Assembly (NCBI GenBank): GCA_014905635.1
Contig: JABVCE010000017.1
Location: 372,001-436,000, forward strand
DNA: 64,000 nt
Direction of reading: 5' to 3'
Origin: Scenedesmus sp. PABB004
Taxonomy: Eukaryota
Below the pieces are notes generated by a model that made no database searches, had not been told where the DNA came from, and was given only the letters and a program-made list of their open reading frames with translations. Position 1 is the first letter of the stretch. The number at the start of each line of letters is the position of its first letter. Shown piece by piece: positions 1-10,651 of the stretch. Both the position numbers and the translations under genes were made by a program.

Positions 1-1671
1 GGCGGTGCGCGCCGCGCCGCGCCGCGCGCCGCTCTGCGCCGCCCTGCCCCGGGGGCGGACGGGCAGCCCCCGCCAGCGAATTCCTTTCACATGCTCCCGC
101 CCCCGCCCCCGCCCCGCCCCCGCCCCCGCCCGCGCCTCTCTCGCCCCGCAGCGCGCAAGGGCGCTGCGTACCGCGGCGGCTCGGCCGGCAGTCGCGCCGC
201 GGCGCCGCCGCTGCTCGACCCGTACGACGCCGCGACCGCGGCCGCGCTCGGCGTCGAGCCGCACGGCGGCGCCAGCGCCGGCGGCGGCGGCGAGGGCGGC
301 GCGTGCGAGGCCTACATGTTTGCGGCGCACATGGCCGCGGCGTCGTACGGCGGGCACGTCGCCGGCTACGCGCCGCACCCGTCGGGCCTGCCCGGCGGCC
401 CGAGCGCGGCCGCCGCGGCCGCCGCGGCCGCCGCGGCCGCGGCCGTCGCCGCGATGGGCGCCGGCGGCGGCGGCGGCGCCGGCGCGGGCGCCGCCGGCAG
501 CCTCGCCAGCGGGCAGCAGCTGATGCCGGGCGTGCACCGCCTCGCGTCGCCGCTGGACGACGCCGAGGCCGGCCCCGCGCCCAAGGTGCGCCGCGCGCCG
601 CGGCCGCCCGCCCTGCGGCGCGCCGCACGCCGCCCCGCGCGCCGCCGCCTCGTGCGGGCGCGCGCGCGCTCCTTTCTCACCCGCCCGCCCCTCCGCCCCC
701 CTCTCGTCCCGTCTCCTCGCCCAGCGCCAGCGCGCCTTGCTGGACGGCGGCGGCGGCGCGCCCGGCGGCGCGGGGGCGCCGCTGGTCAACCCCAACGAAG
801 CGCTGCAGGAGGTGCTCAAGGGCGCCTCGGGCGCCGCCGGGGGCGGCGCGCCGCCGCCCGACGCCGGCGCCGTCGCGGCGGCGCTCGCGGCGGCCGCGGC
901 GGCGTGCGGCGGCGACGCCGACATGGCCGACGCGGAGCCGGCCGCCGGCGGCGCGGCGCCGGGCGCCGGGGCCGCGCCGCCCGCCGCGTCGCCCGCGCGG
1001 GGGCAGCCGCGGTCGCCCGCCGGCGCGGACGCCGCGGCGCAGCAGCCGGGGCAGGTCGAGGCCGAGGGCGGCGGCGGCGCCCCGCCGCCGGCGCCGGCGC
1101 AGGCGCAGCAGCCGCAGCAGCAGCCGGCGCCGGCGCGGCAGCAGGGCGGCGGCGGCCCCGCGCCGCCGCCGCAGCAGCCAATGTACACCAGCTGGCCGCC
1201 GCCGCAGCCCGCCGCGGCGCACCCCACCGTCGTGCCGCCCGCATACGGCGAGCCAGGTGCGTGGGCGCGTCGCGCCGCGACAGCCCCGCGCGCGCGCGCG
1301 CGCGCGCGCGCGTGCGCACGCCAGCCAACGCGCGCCGCGCAGCTGGCTTGGCCCCGGCTTCCCCCGCCGACGGCCGCTCACGCGCGCCGCCCGCCCGCGC
1401 CGGCGCCGCAGGCGTGCCGAGCTGGGACCCCATGCTGCTCATTAACACCCCGCGGCCCACGCCCGGCGCGGCGGGCGCCGCCGCGCAGCGCGGCGCCGCG
1501 TTTGGGCTGCCGGACGCGCAGCAGCACCTGGCGCCGCCGGCGGGGCCGGCGGCGTACTTCCCAGGCGCTGTCGTCGGCTTCCCCCCGGGCGCGGGGCTGG
1601 CGGCGGGGTGCGATGCGGTCGTGCCGCCGCCGCCGGCGCCGGCCGCGCCGCGCGTCCCCGGCGGCGCGTGA
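1..1671 (+). CDS. 3' part of a multi-exon gene encoding a low-complexity (Ala/Gly/Pro/Gln-rich) protein of unknown function; 5' end probably outside the window
   Basis: Coding-like segments (PPLLDPYDAATAAALGVEPH..., LVNPNEALQEVLKG..., GVPSWDPMLLINTPRP...) separated by GT..AG introns (donors ~586 and ~1257), stop at 1669-1671. No recognisable domain. Confidence 0.45.
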   Translation, partial: GGARRAAPRAALRRPAPGADGQPPPANSFHMLPPPPPPRPRPRPRLSRPAARKGAAYRGGSAGSRAAAPPLLDPYDAATAAALGVEPHGGASAGGGGEGGACEAYMFAAHMAAASYGGHVAGYAPHPSGLPGGPSAAAAAAAAAAAAAVAAMGAGGGGGAGAGAAGSLASGQQLMPGVHRLASPLDDAEAGPAPKVRRAPRPPALRRAARRPARRRLVRARARSFLTRPPLRPPLVPSPRPAPARLAGRRRRRARRRGGAAGQPQRSAAGGAQGRLGRRRGRRAAARRRRRRGGARGGRGGVRRRRRHGRRGAGRRRRGAGRRGRAARRVARAGAAAVARRRGRRGAAAGAGRGRGRRRRPAAGAGAGAAAAAAAGAGAAAGRRRPRAAAAAANVHQLAAAAARRGAPHRRAARIRRARCVGASRRDSPARARARARVRTPANARRAAGLAPASPADGRSRAPPARAGAAGVPSWDPMLLINTPRPTPGAAGAAAQRGAAFGLPDAQQHLAPPAGPAAYFPGAVVGFPPGAGLAAGCDAVVPPPPAPAAPRVPGGA

Positions 1672-2158
1672 GCTCGTGGCCTGGCGCGCGGCTGGCGGGG
1701 CTTTGCAGGAGGCGCGCGCGCGTATGTGTACAGAAGCGGTGGCCGCGACGTGGGGGGCCAGGGGTGCGCGTGTGTGCATGGTCTGACGGGGCGGGCGGCG
1801 GATGCGCGGCGGCGCGCGCGGGGCGGGTCGGGCGGCCATCGCGCGGCGCGAGGCGCGAGGCGGCAGCGGGCGCACGGGCGTGCACACATCATCACCACCC
1901 TCACGCACAGACCCAGTTGCAACTCGAGGCGTTGCCGCGTGCGGTCGAGCGGTTCGGTCGAGCGGTTCGGCGTCGCCCCGCCGCCGCTGCTGCCCCCGTG
2001 CCGCCGCGCTCGCTCCGCCTTCGGTCAGAGTCGGTGACGCGGTCGGGCGAGCACGAACGAGGCAGCGCGAACACGCGACATCTCGGGCAGCCCGACACTC
2101 CTGCCCTACCTTCGCCGCAGCGCCCGCCTGCGCGCGCCGCGCTTCGAAGCGCGGTGCC

Positions 2159-5100
2159 ATGGGCGCCGGCGGCTCCTGCCTGCGCGGCGGAGGCGCGGGC
2201 CGCGAGGTGGGCGCCAGGGGGCGCTCGCATCGCGCGGGGGCCAGCGCGCGCGCCGTGCCGCTGCCGGGCGGCACGGCATCGCGGCGCTGGCGGGCGCTGC
2301 CTGCCGGCGCGGCCGCGGGGGGCGCGCGGGGCTGCTCGCCCGGCGCCTGGCGCCCGCCTCGAGCCCCAGATTTGCTCGCCCGGCGCCTGGCGCCCGCCTC
2401 GAGCCCCAGATTTGCCTGCCCCGGCGCCCGCCAGCGTGCCCGGGACGCGCTGGCATGCGGGCGGCGGCCCTCACGCGCGGCCGCCGCGGCCGCACCGCCG
2501 CGCGCAGGTGGCGGTGGCGGACGGCGGCGCGCCGCTGCCGCCCGCCGCGACGATCGCGGCGGCCGCGGCGGCGGGGCTCATCCCGCCCTGCGAAGGCGCT
2601 GGCAAGGCTCCCGCGGCGGGCGGCGGCGACAGCGCGGCGGGCGGCGGCGCGCGGGCGCGTGCAAGGCGCCGCTCTGCTGCTTCGATCCCTACGAGTCGCA
2701 GCCGGGGCCGCTCGGCGCGCCGCCGCAGCCCTGGCTGCCGCACGACCCGCACGTCGCGGGCCCGCCGCGGCCGCCGTGCGAGGACGAGCGGTGCGCGCCG
2801 CGCGCCGCGCGGCGGGCCCCGCGCGGCGGGGCCCGCAGTCGCCGCGGCTTCTCACCCGCCGCCGCGCCGCGCCGCCCAGGCTCGAGGTCGCCGCGGCGGT
2901 GGCGGGGCTGCTCGACGCGTCGCCGCGCGGCGAGCTCGAAAACATCCTCAAGCTGGTGCGGCGCGCGGCGCGACGCGAGCGGCGGGCGCGGCGGCCGCAC
3001 CGCGCCGCGCCGCCGCCGCTCCGCAGCGAGCCGCCCTCGACCCTCCGCCCGCCCGCCGCCCGGCCGCCAGGTGTGCCGCATCTTTGGCGTCGAGAACGCC
3101 CTCATCGGTGAGGCCCCTAGAGGCCCCTGCCCCCAGGGGGCGCGGCGCGCGGGGCGCGGGGGCCCTGCGCAGCGCGCGCGCGCGCGCAGGACAGGGCGCG
3201 CGGCGCCGCCGCGCCCCCGACCGCCCCCGCCGGCCGCGCTCCGGTCCCCGCGCCGCACCCGCGCAGCGCTGTTTGGGGACCGCCGCATCTACATCACTGA
3301 CAGCGTCGGAGGCTTCCAGGCGCGGCGCGCAACGCGGCGCGCAGCGCACACAGCGCACGGCTGCCGCGCGGCCGCCGCGCCGCGGCGCGCGCGCCGCCGC
3401 CGACGCTGACGCCGCCGCCGCGCGTCGCCGGCGCGCAGACGGGCGACTTTCCGTGGCGCTCCTCGTTCTGCGGCTGGACCATGGCGAGCGAGCAGCACAG
3501 CGTCATGGTGATAAACGACGCCCTGCAGGACGCGCGGTGCGGCCGCGACCGCCGGCGCCGCCGCCGCCGCCGCCGCCGCGCCCCGCTGCCTCTCTCCCCT
3601 GCGCGCGCGCGCGCGCGCGTGCGCGCGCCGCCGCCGCCGCTGTTGCCCCGCCGCTCAAACTCCGCCGCCGCCGCTTAAACCCCGCCGCAGGTTTTCGGAC
3701 AACAAGTTTGTCCGCGAGCTCGGCGTGCGCTTCTACTGCGGCACGCCCCTCGTGTCGAGCAGCGGGCACCGCCTCGGGACGCTGTGAGCGCAGCGCCGCC
3801 GCGCTGCGCCGCGCCGCGCCGCGCTTGCGCGATGCCGCCGACCGCGCCGACGCCGCGCCGACCGCTGCGCCGCGCCGCGCCGCGCCGCGCCCGCCGCCGC
3901 GCAGGTGCTTTGCCGACCGCGAGCCGCGCGTGTTTGACTCGTCCAGCTACCAGGTGCTCGTGAACTTCAGCGAGCTCGTCACGCGCGAGCTGGAGAAGGA
4001 CATCGCGCTCGCGCGCCAGCAGGTGCGGCGGGCGGCCGGCCGTGTTGTTTCTTGTTTTCATATTGTTACTGTTACTGTTGTCGTTGCTTGGCCGCGCCGC
4101 GCCGCGGGCCGCCGGGGCGGGGCAGCGGTCAGGTCGGTCAGGTCGGTCGGTTGGCTGGTCCCCACGACGCAACCCTCCGCGCGCCGCCGCGCCGCAGGTG
4201 GACCAGGGCCGCGCCGCGGCGGCGGCGCGCGCGCAGCGCTACGGCCTGCTGCTGCGCACCGCCGACTGCGTGACGAGCGCGGTGCTGCTGGTCGACACCG
4301 CGGCGCCGGACTGGCCCGTGCTGCACGCCAACACGGGCTGGGCGCGCCTCGCCGCGGGCTCGCGTGCGGCGGGCACGGCCACGCGAGCGGCGGCGCGCAC
4401 GCGGCCGGCGGCGACGCGTGCGCGGGCAGCCGGCACGCCGGGTTCTGGGAGAGTGGGCAGGACGAGGAGGCGGAGGAGGGCGGCGGCGGCGGCAAGGGCG
4501 GCGGTGCGGGTGAGAACGGGCTCAAGTGCGGCAGCCCCCGCATCGCCGCGGTGCGCTGCAGCGGCGCCGAGTCGCCGGTCGGGCGGTCGCTGTGGGCGCT
4601 GCTCGACGCGCAGCTGCCGCACCAGCTCAGCGCCGGCGCCGCGCCGGCGCCGCCGCCGCCGCGGGTGCCGCGCTCGGCGGCGGCCCCGCCGGCGGCTGGG
4701 GTCCCGGAGAGCAGCTGGTGGAGCAGGTGCGGCGGCCTGGCGGCGCGGCGGGGCCTGTTGGCGCGGCGGGGCCTGGCGCGGCGGGGCGGGGCGGCGCCCC
4801 GCGCGCGCGCCTCTCTCTGAGCCCCCGCCGCCCGCCGTGGCCGCCGCAGTGCGCGGGCGGCAGAGCTTCACGCTGCGCGGCGTGCGCCTCGCGGCCGCGC
4901 TCGGCGGCGCGCCGGCGGCGCTGACGTTCAGGTGAGCGGGCCGGGCGCCCGCCGCCGCCGCCGATCGGGCTGCGTGCGGGGCCCCGCCGCCGCCGCGCCG
5001 CCGCCGCCGCCGCGCCGCCCGACCCCGCCACATCCATTCCCCGCCCCGCTCACCACCGCGCCCGTGCCCCGCCCCCGCCGCCGCCAGGTGCGCCGGCTTC

Positions 5101-8100
5101 AGCACCCTCGACGGTGGCGTCAGCGTGTGCCTCCCCGCGAGCGCGCCCGACGCGGCGGAGCTGCCCGCCGCCGCGGCGGCGCTCACCGCGCGCAACCCGA
5201 CGCCGGCGGAGCACCCGGTGCGGCTCGGCGTCGCGGCGGGCGGCGGGTCTCTGTACTTCATCACAGTCAAACTGGCGCCCCGGGGGCGCGGCAGCGGCGA
5301 GCACGCGGCGGCGCCGGCCAGCAGCACCGCCGGCAGCAGCGCGGGCAGCCTGTGGACGCTGCCGACGGGCAGCAGCGCCGCGTGCAGCGTCGCGGCGAGC
5401 AGCGCCGCAGCAGCAGCGGCCGCCTGAGCGGCCCGCTGCCGGGCGTGCGCGGCGCGGCGCCCGCGCAGCAGCAGCAGCAGCCGGAGGTCGCGCCGTGTGA
5501 ATTCCCGCAGTTTCCTTCCGCCGGCGACGCCGGCGACGGCGACGGCGGCGCGCCGCCCGCCGTGGTCGAGCCGGCCGCCGGCGGCGGCGCCGGCGCGCCC
5601 ACGCCGGGGCTCGTTGTGCTCTGCAGCGTCGCCGCCGAGGGCGGCGGGCCCGCGTGCGGCGGCGGCGACTCGCCGCTCGCGAGCGGCGCGAACGCCGGCG
5701 CGCACCTCAGCGGCGCGAGCGGCGCGTCCAGCCCGGTGAGCGCCAGCCTCTGCGCGGGGCTCGTGTGCCGCCGCATCGCGGGGCTCACGCTCGGCGGCCA
5801 GATCGCGGCGGGGAGCTACGGCCGCGTGTTCCGCGGGACCTACCTCGGCGCCAAGGTGCGGCGGCGGGGCTCGGGGCGGGGCGCCCAGGGCTCAGGGTTT
5901 CTTGGGGGGGGGCAGCGGGGCTCAGGGCTCGAGGCAGGGCGGGCACGCGCAGCGCGGCCGCCGACAGCAATGACCAGCACCAGCACCACCACCAGCGACG
6001 CCGTGCCCGCGCTCAACCCTGAACCCTCGACCCGTAACCTCACCCGCCGCTCTTCCCCGCCAGGTCGCGGTCAAGGTGCTGGACGGCGACGACGTGCTGC
6101 GCCGGCACGAGGGCACAGGGTTCTGCCTCGAGGCGCTGCTCGGCGAGGCGCTGCGCCACCCGGCGGTCGTGCGCACGCTCGCGTGGGCGGTCGTCACGGG
6201 CGAGGTGCGGTGGCGCGGGGCGTGCGCGGGAGGGCGCGGGGCGCAGCGGGGGTCGTCCCCGCGGTTCGCAGGCCGCGCGCGCGCGCCCGCGCCGCCCGGC
6301 TGCGCCCGCGCCACTCACTCGCGGCCGCCCGCCGCCGCGCGCCGCGCACAGGGCCGCGTGCGGCCGCGCGAGCGCTTGTGGGGCGAGACGCTGCAGCAGT
6401 CGGCCAAGCCCAGCGTGGCCGCCAACGCCGCGGAGGTCGCGGCGGCGCGGCGCCAGGGCGACTTGGAGGCGGCGGGGCTGCTGCGCCTCAGCGGCGGCAG
6501 CGCCAGCGGCAGCGACGGCGGCAGCAGCGACGGCGGCAGCGACCGCGGCGGCAGCGGCGGCCGCCGCCGCCGCCACAGCGCTGAGAGCGCGCCCGCGCCG
6601 TCGCCGCACGGGACGCCGCCGCCGCCGGCGGGGCCCGTGACGGCGGCAGAGCTGGAGGGTGACGTCGCTGACGAGGCGGGCGTGCTCGGCGGGCAGACCT
6701 GGTGCGCCCGCGCGCGCGCGCGCGCGGGGCGCCCCGCGCCGCGCCGCGTGGGGCCTGCGCCGCGGGCCGCCCACGCCCGCACTCGCACTCGCACCCGCCC
6801 GCGCTCACCGCCCGCCTGCCTGCCCGCCCGCCCGCCCGCCTCCTAAATCCTGAATAGGATGGTGCTCGAGTACTGCGACAAGGGCTGCCTCCAGGTGTGT
6901 GTGTGTGGCCGCGCGCGCCGGCCGCTGCGTCTGGCCCGCGCGCGCGCCCGCGCCCGGCGCCGCCGCCCCTCGCGCCGGACGCTCTCCGCCCCTCTCGCCC
7001 ACGCACTCACTCCCCGACTCCCTCACTCGCTCACTCCCTCTTGCAGGACGCCGTCGAGCGCGGGTGGCTGCGCGAGAGCCGCTCCTGCGTGAGCGGCCCG
7101 CTCAACCTGCTCGCGGTCCTCGGTGAGCGCCGCCGCGCCCGCCGCCGCGCCGCGCCGCCGCCGCCGCCGCCGCGCCCGCCCCCCGCGCGACACGCGCCAT
7201 GCGCGCCCGCCCCACAAAACCACCCCCCGACCCTGAGCCCTTGCCTCCGCTTGACTCCGCTGAACCCCGCCCGCGCCCGCGCCACCGCGGTCAACCCCCA
7301 GCGACGGCGGCCGAGGTCGCGTCTGGCATGGCGGTGCTGCACGGGCAGGGCATCGCGCACGGCGACCTCTCCGCATTCAATGTCATGCTCAGCAGGTGCG
7401 GCGGGGAACCCTAAACCCTAAACCCTTTGAACGCCCTTGCACGCGCTTGCTCTCTGCACCTGACCCAGGGTCTCCCTTTGGGGTTTAGCCCGTTGGGGTT
7501 GAGCCCTTGGAAACCTTTGGGAAGAGCTCTCGCATTGGGCGGCGGGGTGCACGGTGGTGCCGTGCGGGGCGTGCTGCGCGTGCTGCGCGTGATGCCCAGC
7601 GCAGTGGCGCGCCCCACCTGCGCCCGGCGTCACGCGCGGCAGGCGCGGCGGCGCATCTCGCACGTGTGCTCTGCATCGCTCACGGCGCGTTGACCGGCTG
7701 TTCAGTTGAGGGGGTCGTGCGCAGCAGGCGCCTCGGCCCTCGCTCGTGCGCTCTTCTTGGCGGTGCGCCAAGGAAAGGCGCACGAGCGAGGGCCGAGGCA
7801 GCTGTTCTTTGGGGTGGCAGCGCAGGAGCACGTTTGGGTCTCCACGCGCCGCTGCGCCCCTCACGCCCCCGCCCCGCGTCGCCCGGCGTGCCACGCCGCA
7901 GCGCCGACCGCAACGCCGCCGTCGGCGGCCGCGGCTTTGTGGCCAAGGTGGCCGACTTTGGTGCGCGCGCCCGCCGCGCCGCGCCGCGCCGCGCCGCCGC
8001 CGCGCCGCCGCCGCCGCCGCAGCGCTGGCGCAACGCCGGCGCCGCCGCTCGCGCTCGCTCACGCGCGTGTGCGTCGCCGCGCCCGCGCCCGCTCGCGCGC

Positions 8101-9159
8101 CCGCGCCGCGCAGGGCTGTCGCGCCTGCTGAGCCACGGCAGCAAGGTGATGACGCGCACGTACGGCACCATCACACACATGGCCCCAGGTGCGTGACGCC
8201 GCGCCGCCGCCGCTCGCCCGCCGCCGCCGCCGCCGCCGCGCCCCTCCTCCCTCCCTCGCCTGCGCGCCCGCGCGTGCGCGCCGGGTCGGAGCCCACAAGC
8301 GGGAAGCACTCACCGATGCAACGCCCCGCGCCGGCGCCCCACCCGCGCAGAGGTGCTGGAGCAGGGCCTGGTCGGCAAGGCGGCGGACGTGTACAGCTTC
8401 GGCGTGCTCCTCTGGCAGGCACGGCGCCGCGCATTGCGTGCAGCGCAGCGCAGCGCAGCGCGCCGTCGCCCCCCCCCTGCCCTGCCGTGCCGGCTGCGGC
8501 CTCGACGCGCCGCCGCGCGCGCCGCGAGCCCCGCCGCCGGCTCACGCCCGCCCGCCCGCCGCCGCCGCGCCGCCGCGCGCGCCGCCGCGCGCGCCGCAGA
8601 TGGTCACGGGCAGCCGCGTGGGCGGGGCTGTCGCACAGCGCCGTCGTCAACGCGGTCTGCTGCCGCCGCCTGAGCCTCGCGTTCCCGGCGGACGCCCCCG
8701 AGGCGCTCGTGCTGCTCGGGCGGGCCTGCCTCGCCTACGACCCCGCGGGCGCGCGCCGCGCCGCGCAGGCGGCCGCGCTGCCCGGGCGGCGCCGCGCCGC
8801 GCCTCCTCTCTCCGGGGTGCGCCGCCCGCCCCCGCCGCGCGCGCCCGCCCGCCGCTCACGCCCCCGCCCGCCGCCCGCCCGCTCTGACCACAATAACGTC
8901 ACAAATAACGCCACAAATAACAGACCGCCCGACCTTCACCGACATCCTGGAGATCCTTCAGCCCATGAGCGACCTGCTCGGCGGCGCCGCCCCGCTGCCC
9001 GCCGCCGCGGCTGTGCCGGCGGCGCCCGGCCCCGCGCCCGGCCCCGCGCCCGGCCCGCCGGCGCGCGGCGACGGCGGCGACGGCGACGGCTGCGACGGCG
9101 GCGCCGGCGACCGCCACGGCAGCGGCGGCAGCGGCCTGCCCGGCGTGCAGGGCTTCTGA
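2159..9159 (+). CDS. Multi-exon GAF + PAS-like + TKL/MAP3K-type Ser/Thr kinase with an N-terminal myristoylation/palmitoylation-like motif
   Basis: Start MGAGGSC. GAF exons: SSFCGWTM..VINDALQDAR, FSDNKFV..VRFYCGTPLVSSSGHRLGTL, CFADREPR..LVNFSELV. PAS-like: AVLLVDTAAPDWPVLHANTGW. Kinase: IAAGSYGRV, VAVK, MVLEYCDKG, HGDLSAFNVML, AKVADFG, GTITHMAPE, DVYSFGVLLW, DRPTF. Apparent frameshifts near ~2650, ~4360, ~5400 and ~8618. Confidence 0.88.
2335..2414. repeat. Exact 40-bp tandem duplication in intron 1 of the kinase gene
   Basis: CTCGCCCGGCGCCTGGCGCCCGCCTCGAGCCCCAGATTTG occurs twice, back to back. Confidence 0.9.
7432..7799 (+). ncRNA. Candidate intronic cluster of three long stem-loops (miRNA-precursor-like)
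   Basis: Hairpins at ~7432-7541, ~7561-7664 and 7730-7799. The last has a perfect 22-bp inverted repeat. The first two pair extensively through G-U on the + strand. All lie within intron 7396-7901. Confidence 0.45.
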
Positions 9160-10651
9160 GCGCCCCGCGCCAGAACGGGGAGGGCGCGGGGGAGAGGGCG
9201 CCAGCGCCGGCAGTATGGCGGTTGGGCGCGTGCGTGTGCTACTCGTGTTTCTTTGGGGACCGCTGACAGCGCTCGCGCCGCTTTGGCAGGCGCGGAGCGG
9301 GGGGCGGGGGACGCCGGCGCTCGGACAGAGGGGGGAGGGGGCAGGAGCGGCGCCCCACGCGGCGGCGGCCGGCGCCGCCCCGCTGGGCGGCTGCGCGGCG
9401 GTGGGCGCGTGCCTCGGCTGCTTGTCTCGGGTTGGTCGCGTGGGTGGCGGGGCCGCGTTGTTTGCTGTGCTTGTCACGTGCCCCCCTGGTTCGGTTGTTG
9501 TCGCGGCAGCTTTGAGGCATCGCCTCCCTTTTCAAGGCGGACCTGGGTCCCAAGCGAGGGGCGACACTTCGGGCGGCGCGTTTGGCCGCGCGCGCGCGTG
9601 CCACTTCCTGCGTGGGGCGAGGCCGCCGCCGGCGCCGCTGCGCCCCGACCGACCAACCCCGCGAGGGGCGGCGCGGGCGCCGCGGCGGCGGCGGCCGGCG
9701 CTCGCGCTTTGTCCTTGTGGTGATGGCATGGAGGGCAGCGGGGCCAGGGGAAAAGAAAAGGACATGCCACAAATGCAGAGGGGAGGGAGCGCCGGCGGTG
9801 GGGTGCACGGCGTGGTGGTGGGCGCGCGGCGGGCCGGACGGCCCCGCCGCGCAGAGCACTGACCGCTACTGACCGCTTGCCGCGCCTCGGCGCCTCAGCG
9901 CCGGCTCGATTGCAGCCGCGGGACTCGCGCCGGCGCCTCGCGCGTCGGCCGCCGCAGCCGCTTGTGCTTGTGCGCGCGTGTGCTTGTGGCTGGGCCCGAA
10001 CACCACTGACGATGCGGCGCCAACACTTGACAACGCACGCGCCCCGCCCGCGCGGCGCCGATCGGCACCACCCACTCGCTTGCTGCGGCAAGGCCTTGGC
10101 CCGCCGCCGCCGCCCCGCCGGCGCGTGGCCGGGCGGGCGGCGGCGGCGGCGGCGCCCCTCTCGCCGGCTGTCGGCACCACCCACTCACTTGTTGTTATGC
10201 GGCGCAAGGAGACTGTGCCCAATTGGGCGGCCGCGCGTGCGCGCGTGCCGGCGTTTTCACCACACCACACGCACTGCGTCTGGCGCTTTGCTTTGAAAAG
10301 CAGGGCGCTTTGAGGCCGGGGGTTTAGGGGCGGCCTGGCCTGGCCTGGCGGGCGCACGAGTGTAAAGCGATCGACCGGCCGCGCACGATTGATCGGTCGG
10401 CCGCGCCGTTGCACCGCCGGGCCGGACCAGCAGCAGCGCCGGCAGCCGGCGCGTGCGCGCAGCAGCAGGCGCAGCAGGCCAGGCACGCGCGCGCCAGGGC
10501 GGGATCACAGGGCGGGCATGGGGGTCACGTGCGCGCGCGCGCGGCGAGGGGGCGGCGGCGCACCGCGCGGCGGCGACCGCCGCGGCCCAGCTGGCCCCAT
10601 GGCGGCGCCGCCGCGCCGCCCGGGCGCGTGCGGGCGCCGCGCCGCGCCGCG

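Noticed and set aside
1608..4820. Very long Arg/Ala/Pro-rich ORFs in the track (e.g. 1070 aa here, 1145 aa at 25531, 825 aa at 24036)
   Set aside because: Stop codons are rare at this GC content. These ORFs run through introns or lie antisense to real exons.
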